A program made the translations under genes and the position numbers. Below the pieces are notes generated by a model. That model had not been told where the DNA came from. It made no database searches and worked only from the letters and a program-made list of their open reading frames with translations. 42,123 nucleotides of DNA, taken from the sequence record DRR723986_51470. One strand, written 5' to 3'. Below are positions 19,144 through 27,866 of the stretch, piece after piece. The stretch's first letter is position 1. Every line of letters starts with the position of its first letter.

Positions 19144-20650
19144 TCTTTATGGGTATTTTCACAGTGAAGGTGGTGCCTTCGTTTAATTTGCTTTCAAAAG
19201 TAATTTCTCCTTTTAATATCTCAACGTATTTTTTCACAATATTTAAACCAAGACCTGTTCCTTTAATATTGGTAACATTCTTTGCTCTAAAAAAACGTTC
19301 GAATAAACTTTTTTGTTCCTCTTCTGGTATTCCGATTCCAAAATCTTGGACAGAAATAATTAATACATCATTTCTATGTGATTTAAAAATTACCTGTTGG
19401 TCTTCATTTGAATATTTAATTGCATTAGAAAGTAGGTTATATAGGATATTCTTTAAAATTTTTGAGTCCGAAGAAATCATCCAATCATCCCCTTCAAAAA
19501 TAAGCTGAATATTTTGACCTGATTTAGAAATAGTCATCATTTCTTCAACCATATCTTTTGCAAATTCTTGATAATTAAATTGCTCAATTTTAGATTCAGA
19601 TAAATTACTTTCTAGTTTTTCAACAGATAAAAAGTCATTCAAAATTTCGGTGAGGCCTGCTACTGCAGAACGTACTCGTTTGGTATGTTTCGAAGTTTTG
19701 TCGATTTCACCTTTTTCTAAATATTTGTCAATTAATGAAACTGAAGATAAAACTGTACTTAAAGGCGTTCTAAATTCATGCGAAGCCATGGAAACAAATC
19801 TTGATTTCATCTCGTTCAAGTGTTTTTCTTTTTTCAAGGCTTCTTCTCGTTGTTGCTCAATTGTCTTTTGAATGGTTATGTTTTCTTCAACAACTAAGAT
19901 TTTATCTATCTCTTCGTTTGAAAGAGGTACAGCAGTAATTCTGTAGAATTGTTGATTGTGAAAAATTTCAAAATCTTTGTTGATACCACTAAACACCTCT
20001 CTTAATTCTTTTTCTATTTTTGGTCTAATATCTTGCGATATTTTATCCAGATAGCTTGTGCCTATTAAGCTTTCTTTTTTTACACCAAGCTCTTGTAACT
20101 CTAATCCTTCAACAAATAAGTAACATAAATTTTGGTCAAAAACGTTGATCGTTCCGTTAGGAAAATTTTTTGCTATAGCGGAGTATAACTTCTGACTTTC
20201 CATCACTTCTTTAGTCCTTTCTTCTACCTTTTTTTCAAGATTCGCATTGAGCTCTTGAATTTGAAGGTCCTTTAAAACACGTTCCGAAATATCAGTGATT
20301 ATGGCGATTACGAATTTTTTTTTATTAGCAGTAAAATGATTGAGGCTGATTTCTACATGAAATAATTCACCATTTTTTTTGCATGCATGTAAATTCATAT
20401 TGCCACCCATCCTTCTTTTATGTGGGTTTTCTTGATAATCCTTTCTTAATCCAACATGTTTTTCACGAGAAGCGGAGGGAATTAAATCTTCAACTTTTAA
20501 GCCAATTAATTCATTTTCCTCATAGTTGAACATTTCGTAGCATCTGGGATTTGCAAGTTCAATATCACCTTCACTATTAACGATTAATAGACCTTCTCCA
20601 ATTGAGTCAAATAATGATTTGTAAATGCCATCAAGTTGCAATTGCTCCAT
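19136..20650 (-). CDS. Cytoplasmic PAS sensor histidine kinase, FixL-like
   Basis: Two PAS-like domains (LIPSASREKHVGLRKDY...RRMG), SHEFRTPL, NLLSNAIKYS, DFGIGIP, FERFFRA, GTGLGL; no TM helix; 8-nt overlap with regulator. Confidence 0.92.
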   Translation of the reverse strand: MEQLQLDGIYKSLFDSIGEGLLIVNSEGDIELANPRCYEMFNYEENELIGLKVEDLIPSASREKHVGLRKDYQENPHKRRMGGNMNLHACKKNGELFHVEISLNHFTANKKKFVIAIITDISERVLKDLQIQELNANLEKKVEERTKEVMESQKLYSAIAKNFPNGTINVFDQNLCYLFVEGLELQELGVKKESLIGTSYLDKISQDIRPKIEKELREVFSGINKDFEIFHNQQFYRITAVPLSNEEIDKILVVEENITIQKTIEQQREEALKKEKHLNEMKSRFVSMASHEFRTPLSTVLSSVSLIDKYLEKGEIDKTSKHTKRVRSAVAGLTEILNDFLSVEKLESNLSESKIEQFNYQEFAKDMVEEMMTISKSGQNIQLIFEGDDWMISSDSKILKNILYNLLSNAIKYSNEDQQVIFKSHRNDVLIISVQDFGIGIPEEEQKSLFERFFRAKNVTNIKGTGLGLNIVKKYVEILKGEITFESKLNEGTTFTVKIPIKNE

Positions 20651-20674
20651 AACTGTTAATAGATAGTTTTTCGA

Positions 20675-20688
20675 ATGATAAATGTCAC
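20675..20688. promoter_or_regulatory. Crp/Fnr-type operator between kinase and ccoI
   Basis: ATGATAAATGTCAC (TGA-N6-TCA); GAATTTTG -7-like element ends at 20718. Confidence 0.6.
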
Positions 20689-20736
20689 TTTAAAATTACT
20701 AAGAATTCGTGAATTTTGAATAAAATAAAACGCCTA

Positions 20737-23094
20737 ATGCAAAGCTGTTACCATTGCGATTCGAACTGTGAGGACGAAATTCTTTTTAACGAAAAAGTTT
20801 TTTGTTGTAACGGCTGTAAAACGGTTTATGAAATTTTATCAGAGGCAGATTTGTCTAATTATTATGAAATGAACGAAAGGCCTGGGAGCAAGGTTGAATT
20901 TTCGTCAAACTCTTATGAGTATTTAGATTTAGATGAAATTAAAGGCAAACTCCTGATATTTAAAGAGGGGACAACTAGCCGTGTACAATTTACCTTGCCC
21001 CAAATTCACTGTAGCTCTTGTCTTTGGTTGTTAGAAAACTTAAATAAACTACATAACGGGGTTTTGGTGTGTCAGGTGAATTTTGTGAGCAAAGAAGCCT
21101 CCATTCTTTTTGATTCGTCAAAATTGACTTTAAGAGAGTTGGCTGAGCTACTAGATAAAATTGGCTATCAACCTGATATTTCTTTAGAAGAAACGGGTAA
21201 AAAACAACAAAAAGTCAAAAAAGATCGGAAACTGATTCTACGTATAGGTTTAGTTGGATTCTGTTTTGGGAATATTATGTTGTTGAGCTTCCCAGAATAT
21301 TTAGGCTTGGACGAAAGTTTTCTAAAATTTCAGACAACTTTTAATTGGCTCAATTTAGTATTGTCAATTCCGGTATTATTGGGAGGTGCGGGAATTTTTC
21401 TTCGTTCTGCTATTAAATCTTTGGCCTATCAAAAAATAAATATTGATGTACCTATTTCATTAGGAATCGTTGCTTTGTTTGGACGTTCGATATTTGAGGT
21501 AATTACCAATACGGGGGCGGGATATTTTGATTCATTTGCCGGTCTGATTTTTTTCTTATTGATTGGAAGATGGTTCCAGCAAAAAACCTATGCAGCGATA
21601 AACTTTGAACGTGATTATAAGTCTTATTTTCCTATTTCTGTTACGAAATTGAATGACGACAAGCCAGAGGTATTGGCGTTAAACGAGTTGAAATCTGGTG
21701 ATCAATTGCTTGTCAGAAATGGTGAGTTGATTCCAGCTGATGCTGTTCTAATTTCTGGAGATGCTAGAATTGATTATAGTTTTGTTTCTGGTGAATCAGA
21801 ATTAGTTAAAAAAGAGTTAGGAGATAAACTGTATGCTGGAGGACGTCAAAATGGAGGTGCTCTGGTTCTCAAAACACTAAGTGAAGTTGACAACAGTTAT
21901 TTGACGCGCTTATGGAATAATCCCATTTTTCATCAAAAAAAACCTAGAGAAAGTTTTGCGGATGTTGTAAGTAAATATTTTACCATCACTATCATCACAA
22001 TAAGTCTTTTAGCTGCAATTATTTGGTATCAGATCGATCCGAGTAGGGTGGCCTTTATTGTGACATCAATATTAATCGTTGCTTGTCCTTGTGCTATTGC
22101 GCTGGCAGTGCCATTTACTCAAGGTAATGTCATCCGTTTGTTTGGCAATAAGGCGGTGTACATCCGTTCCAATGATGTGATTGACCCAACAGGGGAAGTA
22201 ACGGACATTGTTTTTGATAAAACCGGGACACTTACCAATAATTCGAGTCATAATGTTAAATGGGACGGACAAATACTTGAGCATCACGATTGGGAGAGTA
22301 TTGCAAGTATTTGTGGTCAATCTACTCATCATCTTAGCCGATCTATTTATAATCACCTAACTCAATATACAGCCAGAGTTCTAGAAGTAGAAAATTTTAA
22401 TGAAATTGCAGGGAAGGGAATTTTCGGAGTTATAGAAAATGATAACTGGTATATCGGAAAAAAACAATCAGAGAATTTAGGTTTACAAAGAGATTTGACC
22501 ACGGTTTATGTATATAAGAATGATATTGAACTTGGGTATTATACGTTTCAAAATGAATACAGAAAGGGAACCGAAAATTTATTGAAGACACTAAAATCAG
22601 AGTTTAACATTCATGTATTGTCCGGAGATAATGATGCCGAAGCTATCCGTTTAGGTCAATTTATTGATGAAGATAATTTGTTATTTAATCAAACTCCTGA
22701 AGGAAAATTGAACTATGTCAAAGGATTGCAAGATGCAGGTAAGAAAGTAATGATGATTGGAGATGGTTTAAATGATGCTGGAGCACTCAAACAAGCAGAT
22801 GTTGGAATTGCCGTAGCAGAGAACATTCATGCTTTTTCGCCTTCTTCAGATATAATCATGGACGTAAAAAAAATCTCAGAACTGAAGACCTACATCAATT
22901 TTGCTCGGTACAGTAAACGAGTTGTTATTATTAGTTATGCATTTTCTATTCTTTACAATATAGCTGGGTTATTCTTTGCCTTATCTGGTCAGTTGACACC
23001 GCTTGTGGCCGCTATTCTTATGCCCTTAAGTTCAATCAGCACTGTGTTGCTAGTTACTTTTTTGACTCAATTAAGAGCTAAAAAACTAAAATAA
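20737..23094 (+). CDS. ccoI: Heavy-metal P1B-type ATPase, CcoI/FixI type
   Basis: CYHC, FCCNGC, HCSSC, GNIMLLSFPEY, SGES, ACPCA, DKTGT, GDGLNDA, YN and MPLSS; near cbb3 operon. Confidence 0.9.
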   Translation: MQSCYHCDSNCEDEILFNEKVFCCNGCKTVYEILSEADLSNYYEMNERPGSKVEFSSNSYEYLDLDEIKGKLLIFKEGTTSRVQFTLPQIHCSSCLWLLENLNKLHNGVLVCQVNFVSKEASILFDSSKLTLRELAELLDKIGYQPDISLEETGKKQQKVKKDRKLILRIGLVGFCFGNIMLLSFPEYLGLDESFLKFQTTFNWLNLVLSIPVLLGGAGIFLRSAIKSLAYQKINIDVPISLGIVALFGRSIFEVITNTGAGYFDSFAGLIFFLLIGRWFQQKTYAAINFERDYKSYFPISVTKLNDDKPEVLALNELKSGDQLLVRNGELIPADAVLISGDARIDYSFVSGESELVKKELGDKLYAGGRQNGGALVLKTLSEVDNSYLTRLWNNPIFHQKKPRESFADVVSKYFTITIITISLLAAIIWYQIDPSRVAFIVTSILIVACPCAIALAVPFTQGNVIRLFGNKAVYIRSNDVIDPTGEVTDIVFDKTGTLTNNSSHNVKWDGQILEHHDWESIASICGQSTHHLSRSIYNHLTQYTARVLEVENFNEIAGKGIFGVIENDNWYIGKKQSENLGLQRDLTTVYVYKNDIELGYYTFQNEYRKGTENLLKTLKSEFNIHVLSGDNDAEAIRLGQFIDEDNLLFNQTPEGKLNYVKGLQDAGKKVMMIGDGLNDAGALKQADVGIAVAENIHAFSPSSDIIMDVKKISELKTYINFARYSKRVVIISYAFSILYNIAGLFFALSGQLTPLVAAILMPLSSISTVLLVTFLTQLRAKKLK

Positions 23095-23110
23095 TTAGTA
23101 GTTTAATTTT

Positions 23111-24022
23111 ATGAAATTAGCTGCGGCGATAATCATGCTTGTTTTCATTTCCTCTTGTAATCTTGCAGTGTGGAATCAAAACCGCATGACAAAAAAAATG
23201 GATAGAAATGAGGTGCATGAAGCATTCTATAAAAATGATGAACATGCAATTCATTACTTTGAAGGTGGTGCTGGAGAAACAGTATTGTTGATTCATGGTT
23301 TTGGTGGAGATGCTCAAATAACTTGGCATAAAACCATGATTGATCTTTCTGAAGATTATCATGTCATAGCACCAGATTTGCTGTGGTTCGGACAAAGTAA
23401 AAGTATAGCAAAACCTAATCTTGATGCACAGGTTGACGCGATTATGGATTTGTTAAAAGACCGAAAGGTTGACAAGGCAGCCATTGCTGGCATATCTTAT
23501 GGCGGTTTTGTGACTTCAGGACTGGTTTATAAATATCCTAAGTTCTTTACAAAAGTTTGTATGATCGACAGTCCAGGGGTGACCTATAATGTAAGCCTTT
23601 TGGATTCTTTGTGCGCAAAACAAAAGGTAGCAAGTGTTGATGAAATTTTCGTAGTAAAAAACGCAGATCAGCTAAAGGATTTGTATGACCTTGCCTTCTT
23701 TAAGAAAACTCATTTACCTAAGGGGATCATGAAAGATGCATACGAGTTGTATTTTGACGAAAATCATCTTGAACTAACCGCTTTATTGCATACATTAAAA
23801 AAAGAACAAAGCAAATTTTTAAGTGCTACAGGTTTCGTTTTTCCACCAACAACAGTATTTTGGGGAGATAATGATGTAATATTTCCAATTTCAGAAGGAC
23901 AGAAGTTGGCTAAATTTATGAATGCTGATTTTAAGCTAATCGAGAAATCGGGACATGCCCCAAATATTGAAAATTATAAGGATTTTCAGGCAAAGTTTCG
24001 AAATTTTTTAGAGACAAAATAG
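23111..24022 (+). CDS. Alpha/beta hydrolase fold lipoprotein
   Basis: Lipobox FISSC; LIHGFGG, APDLLWFGQS, nucleophile GISYGG, WGDND, SGHAP. Confidence 0.9.
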   Translation: MKLAAAIIMLVFISSCNLAVWNQNRMTKKMDRNEVHEAFYKNDEHAIHYFEGGAGETVLLIHGFGGDAQITWHKTMIDLSEDYHVIAPDLLWFGQSKSIAKPNLDAQVDAIMDLLKDRKVDKAAIAGISYGGFVTSGLVYKYPKFFTKVCMIDSPGVTYNVSLLDSLCAKQKVASVDEIFVVKNADQLKDLYDLAFFKKTHLPKGIMKDAYELYFDENHLELTALLHTLKKEQSKFLSATGFVFPPTTVFWGDNDVIFPISEGQKLAKFMNADFKLIEKSGHAPNIENYKDFQAKFRNFLETK

Positions 24023-24023
24023 T

Positions 24024-24710
24024 CTAATGACAAATAATAAATGACTCATTGGCTTTCGGAGATTCTATTTCAACATTGTAATTTGAGATTCCTTTCCATA
24101 ACATAAAACATCCTACGAGTAAAAGTCCTGCAAATTTAATTTTGCTAGAATGCAATTTGAATTTGCTTTTGAGCATTGAGGATGTCATGATGATAAATGA
24201 CATTACTGGCAAGGTACCTAGCCCAAAGAATACCATGTATAAAATTGTATCAATCAGATTAGGTTGAATTATAGCTCCAATCGCTGCAACATAAACTAAG
24301 CCACATGGGATAAACCCATTTAAAAAACCAATATATAGGCCATATTCTAGTCTGTTTTTATCTAAGCTTTGACTCATTCTGTTTTTAAAATTGATAAGAG
24401 AGTTAAAGAGTTGAAATCCTCTCTTTTCGGCAAAGTTGAGCAGAGCAGGAGTAAAGGCTAAAAGAAGGATAATGGTACCACCAACTATTGTAATTATTGA
24501 TTGGATCTTGAAGGAGGTAACAAAGGCTGTAGCCAATCCAAAAAACAATCCGATAAGCACATAGCTTAAAATTTTACCTCCATTATATAGCAATGCAGCC
24601 GTGATTTTATTTTTTCCTTTTGCACCAGGAACCATCATGGCTATAGGACCGCACATTGCTATGCAGTGAGCGCTGCCTAAAAAACCTAGTATCAGAGCTG
24701 TCCAAAGCAT
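24024..24710 (-). CDS. DsbD_2/TauE-SafE-like cytochrome c oxidase biogenesis membrane protein
   Basis: GSAHCIAMCGP, LNGFIPCGLVY, FGLGTLP. Confidence 0.88.
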   Translation of the reverse strand: MLWTALILGFLGSAHCIAMCGPIAMMVPGAKGKNKITAALLYNGGKILSYVLIGLFFGLATAFVTSFKIQSIITIVGGTIILLLAFTPALLNFAEKRGFQLFNSLINFKNRMSQSLDKNRLEYGLYIGFLNGFIPCGLVYVAAIGAIIQPNLIDTILYMVFFGLGTLPVMSFIIMTSSMLKSKFKLHSSKIKFAGLLLVGCFMLWKGISNYNVEIESPKANESFIICH

Positions 24711-25142
24711 TTAAAAAGTGATGTCTTGTTCAAATAGATAGGACTTATCAGCCTTTTCCCAAGATATGGAGACCTGGTAAAACCCCTCGATAAAATTACG
24801 GTAGTCCAACAATTGATGATTATTTTGATCTAATTTTAATTTAAAATTTCGATCATACTTTTTGCTTTGTGGTCGATAGAATTTAATTTCTCCATTTTCT
24901 GGTTGAATTATCGTTTTTGGGAAAGTAATCTGGATCCCCTCTGGTAGTTTTTGGATTTCTACTTCAGCACCTAATAATTTATAATTGTTCTGCGCTTTTA
25001 CCATGTCCTCATATTCTAATCCTTCTTCGTAGTAGGTGTCGCTCACTAAATCAGAATCTCGATTAAACGCTCGTACAACGAACGAAACGATAAACCCCAT
25101 GAATAAGATGATTGCTATAGTTATTCCTTTTCCCCAATTCAT
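24711..25142 (-). CDS. ccoH: FixH/CcoH family protein
   Basis: MNWGKGI plus TM helix, DLVSDTYYEEGL, FYRP; follows ccoG. Confidence 0.85.
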   Translation of the reverse strand: MNWGKGITIAIILFMGFIVSFVVRAFNRDSDLVSDTYYEEGLEYEDMVKAQNNYKLLGAEVEIQKLPEGIQITFPKTIIQPENGEIKFYRPQSKKYDRNFKLKLDQNNHQLLDYRNFIEGFYQVSISWEKADKSYLFEQDITF

Positions 25143-25152
25143 ATGCTAAATT

Positions 25153-26562
25153 TTAAAATCCTGGGCCAAAAAAATCGACCGTTTCTTTCTCTACTATTTT
25201 ATTGTCTGATAAAATACCAATTTCAACTTTTGTTTTTGAGCCTTCTATCAAATCTGCATCCATTTTGACAATGATTTCTTTTTTTACTTGCTCTCCTTCT
25301 TTTAACGAAAAATCTCCGCCAATAATTTCAATGGATGCGTTATCACTAAGTATATCCATATGAACTGTATGACTCTCATTGGTCTTGTTCATGATTGTTG
25401 CCACAAATATGTTAGCGTATTGATCCTCCGTTATTTTTTGATAGCTCGTACCTTTTACTCTTAATATCGTTGCTTCTATCGGACTTCTCGTGAAAATTAA
25501 AAACCCTAAAAATCCGATTATTGCAAGCATTAGAACTATGTACGATTTCGCTCTAAAAGTCAATTTCCAGGGCTTTTTAGTTTTAATACCTTCTTCAGAA
25601 TCATATCGAATAAGGTCTTTCTCGAGTCCTACATTTTCCATCATATAATTGCAGGCATCCATACACAAAGTACAGTTAATGCATTCCAATTGAGTTCCGT
25701 TCCTGATGTCAATTCCTGTTGGACAAACATTTACACATTGATTACAATCAATACAGTCTCCCTTATCGACTGCAGTCCTGTCCTCATTTTTACGAAATTT
25801 CCCTCTTCCTTCACCTCTTTCATAATCGTAGGCGACAATCACTGAGTTTTTATCGAGTAATACACCTTGTAATCTGCCGTAGGGACAAACTGTAGTGCAA
25901 ACTTGTTCTCTAAACCAGGCAAAAACTGCAAAGAAAATAGTCGTAAAAATCACAAGAGCAGAAAGACTTCCTAAATGATTCAACGGAGAATCTGTAACGA
26001 TTTTAAATAATTCATCAACTCCAATAATATAAGCCAATAGCGTGTTTGCTATGACAAATGAAATCAACCAAAAGATGCTCCATTTTAAGGCTCTCTTTTT
26101 TATTTTATTGGCGTTCCATGGTGAATCGTCTAGCTTTTTTTGTTGTTTCCAATCTCCGTCAATCCAATACTCAATTCTCCGGAACACCATTTCCATAAAA
26201 ATGGTTTGTGGACACACCCATCCGCAGAATAACCTCCCAAAAACTACTGTGAATACAATTACTAAAACCACAAAGGCAATCATGCCTATGGCGAAGATAA
26301 AAATGTCAGCTGGCCAGAAAATTTGTCCGAACAAGACAAATTTTCGCTCGACAATATTCATCAGTATCATGGGCTCGCCGTTGATTTTGATAAATGGCCC
26401 AACAAACATTAAGATGAGAAGCGAATAGGCAATTACCGATCTCTTGTTAAAGTATTTACCTAGTTGTTTTTTTGGGTAAACCCAAATTCTTTTACCCTGT
26501 TCATCAACTGTAGAGATAGAGTCTCTGAAACTCTCCTTATCAAATCTTTCCTCTTGCGACAT
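25153..26562 (-). CDS. ccoG: Cytochrome c oxidase accessory protein CcoG/FixG
   Basis: FCGWVCPQT, REQVCTTVCPYGRLQ, CIDCNQCVNVCP, CINCTLCMDAC. Confidence 0.96.
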   Translation of the reverse strand: MSQEERFDKESFRDSISTVDEQGKRIWVYPKKQLGKYFNKRSVIAYSLLILMFVGPFIKINGEPMILMNIVERKFVLFGQIFWPADIFIFAIGMIAFVVLVIVFTVVFGRLFCGWVCPQTIFMEMVFRRIEYWIDGDWKQQKKLDDSPWNANKIKKRALKWSIFWLISFVIANTLLAYIIGVDELFKIVTDSPLNHLGSLSALVIFTTIFFAVFAWFREQVCTTVCPYGRLQGVLLDKNSVIVAYDYERGEGRGKFRKNEDRTAVDKGDCIDCNQCVNVCPTGIDIRNGTQLECINCTLCMDACNYMMENVGLEKDLIRYDSEEGIKTKKPWKLTFRAKSYIVLMLAIIGFLGFLIFTRSPIEATILRVKGTSYQKITEDQYANIFVATIMNKTNESHTVHMDILSDNASIEIIGGDFSLKEGEQVKKEIIVKMDADLIEGSKTKVEIGILSDNKIVEKETVDFFGPGF

Positions 26563-26582
26563 CAACAGCTATTATTAGCTAA

Positions 26583-27686
26583 TTATTCAATGATTTTTTC
26601 AATAAAATTGTCTCCTTTTGGCTCTTGTCCTAATGGAGGTAATATAGGATCTAACTGCATTACGTAACTTGCAACTGCCTGAATTTCAAGTCCATTCAAT
26701 TGTGTGTTCCAAGCCTTCATACCATTATCAGCTCCTTCAGAAATGGTTTTAAACACTCCCTTAATATCTCCCCCATAAATCCAGTAGTTATCGGTAAGGT
26801 TTGGACCAGCTCCACCAGCTCCGCCTTCCATATGACAGGTGACACAGAATTCAGTAAAAATGCTTCGTCCTTTGCTGATTGACTGAGCGTCTGTTAATTG
26901 TTCAACATTGTCAGCTGTCACAAGTTCAGGGTGATCGAGTTTATATTGGGCTACAGCGGCTTCTCCTTCAGCCATTTCGATTAGGTATTCTTCTTCTTGA
27001 AGAACTCCTCCTAGTAAATGGTAATAGGCTAAGTAGCCAACCGCCCATACAATGGTAACATAGAATCCGTACTTCCACCACGGTGGAAGATTATTGTCCA
27101 ATTCCTTTATTCCATCATAATCATGGTCCATCAAAATAGATGCTTCACTTTCAATTGGTGTTGCATCAACCAAGCTTTTTTGCCATCTTTTCCAAATGCT
27201 TTTTCTCGGTTTTTTAGGATAAATAGCGTATAATAAACCATTCATTATTCCAACCATATACAGAATGATCATGATCAGAATGATGTCGAAACTAAGGACG
27301 ATCCAAAAAGCTGTGTCTGTGAAAGGAATTTCAAACGTAGGTCGTTCTAATGGTTCAGCCGAAAAAGCACTTGGTGCAACCATTAAACCTAAGATTAATA
27401 GTAGACCCTTACCGTTTATTTTAGACTTGTTTTTTGCTGTGTAATCTGCAATTTTAGATGTGCTTGAACTAATACTCACAACAACTATTACAAGAAGAAT
27501 TGTAAAGGATACCATCAAGATGAATAATTCTGTTGAAGTCAAACCAAACTTCTCATACATTGGTATTTCTTGTGCAACTGGTGCCGCGCTTACAGCTTCT
27601 GCAGCATCCTGCGAAAATGAAATTACAGATAGAAATAAAGTACCTATAACTGTTAAAAAGCCTTTTATATTAAAATGTGTTTTCAT
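26583..27686 (-). CDS. ccoP: cbb3-type cytochrome c oxidase subunit III (single heme motif)
   Basis: DHDYDGIKELDNNLPPWW, one CxxCH (CVTCH), GPNLTDNYWIYGG, MKAW. Confidence 0.93.
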   Translation of the reverse strand: MKTHFNIKGFLTVIGTLFLSVISFSQDAAEAVSAAPVAQEIPMYEKFGLTSTELFILMVSFTILLVIVVVSISSSTSKIADYTAKNKSKINGKGLLLILGLMVAPSAFSAEPLERPTFEIPFTDTAFWIVLSFDIILIMIILYMVGIMNGLLYAIYPKKPRKSIWKRWQKSLVDATPIESEASILMDHDYDGIKELDNNLPPWWKYGFYVTIVWAVGYLAYYHLLGGVLQEEEYLIEMAEGEAAVAQYKLDHPELVTADNVEQLTDAQSISKGRSIFTEFCVTCHMEGGAGGAGPNLTDNYWIYGGDIKGVFKTISEGADNGMKAWNTQLNGLEIQAVASYVMQLDPILPPLGQEPKGDNFIEKIIE

Positions 27687-27692
27687 GATCTT

Positions 27693-27866
27693 TTAATTTT
27701 CCTCATCTAAAGGGATATTTTTAATTTCATCTATTTTGTTTCTATCGGCTTTAATCACATAAATGAGTAACCCGAGAAAGAATGAAAAGAAGATGAGGAA
27801 TGAGATAATCGGAAAAATTTCAATCCCATCTATACTTGTCAAATGTCCTTTTATATAGCTCAACAT
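27693..27866 (-). CDS. ccoQ: cbb3-type cytochrome c oxidase subunit CcoQ (57 aa, absent from ORF track)
   Basis: Manual translation MLSYIKGHLTSIDGIEIFPIISFLIFFSFFLGLLIYVIKADRNKIDEIKNIPLDEEN; TAATG overlap with ccoNO stop. Confidence 0.9.
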   Translation of the reverse strand: MLSYIKGHLTSIDGIEIFPIISFLIFFSFFLGLLIYVIKADRNKIDEIKNIPLDEEN

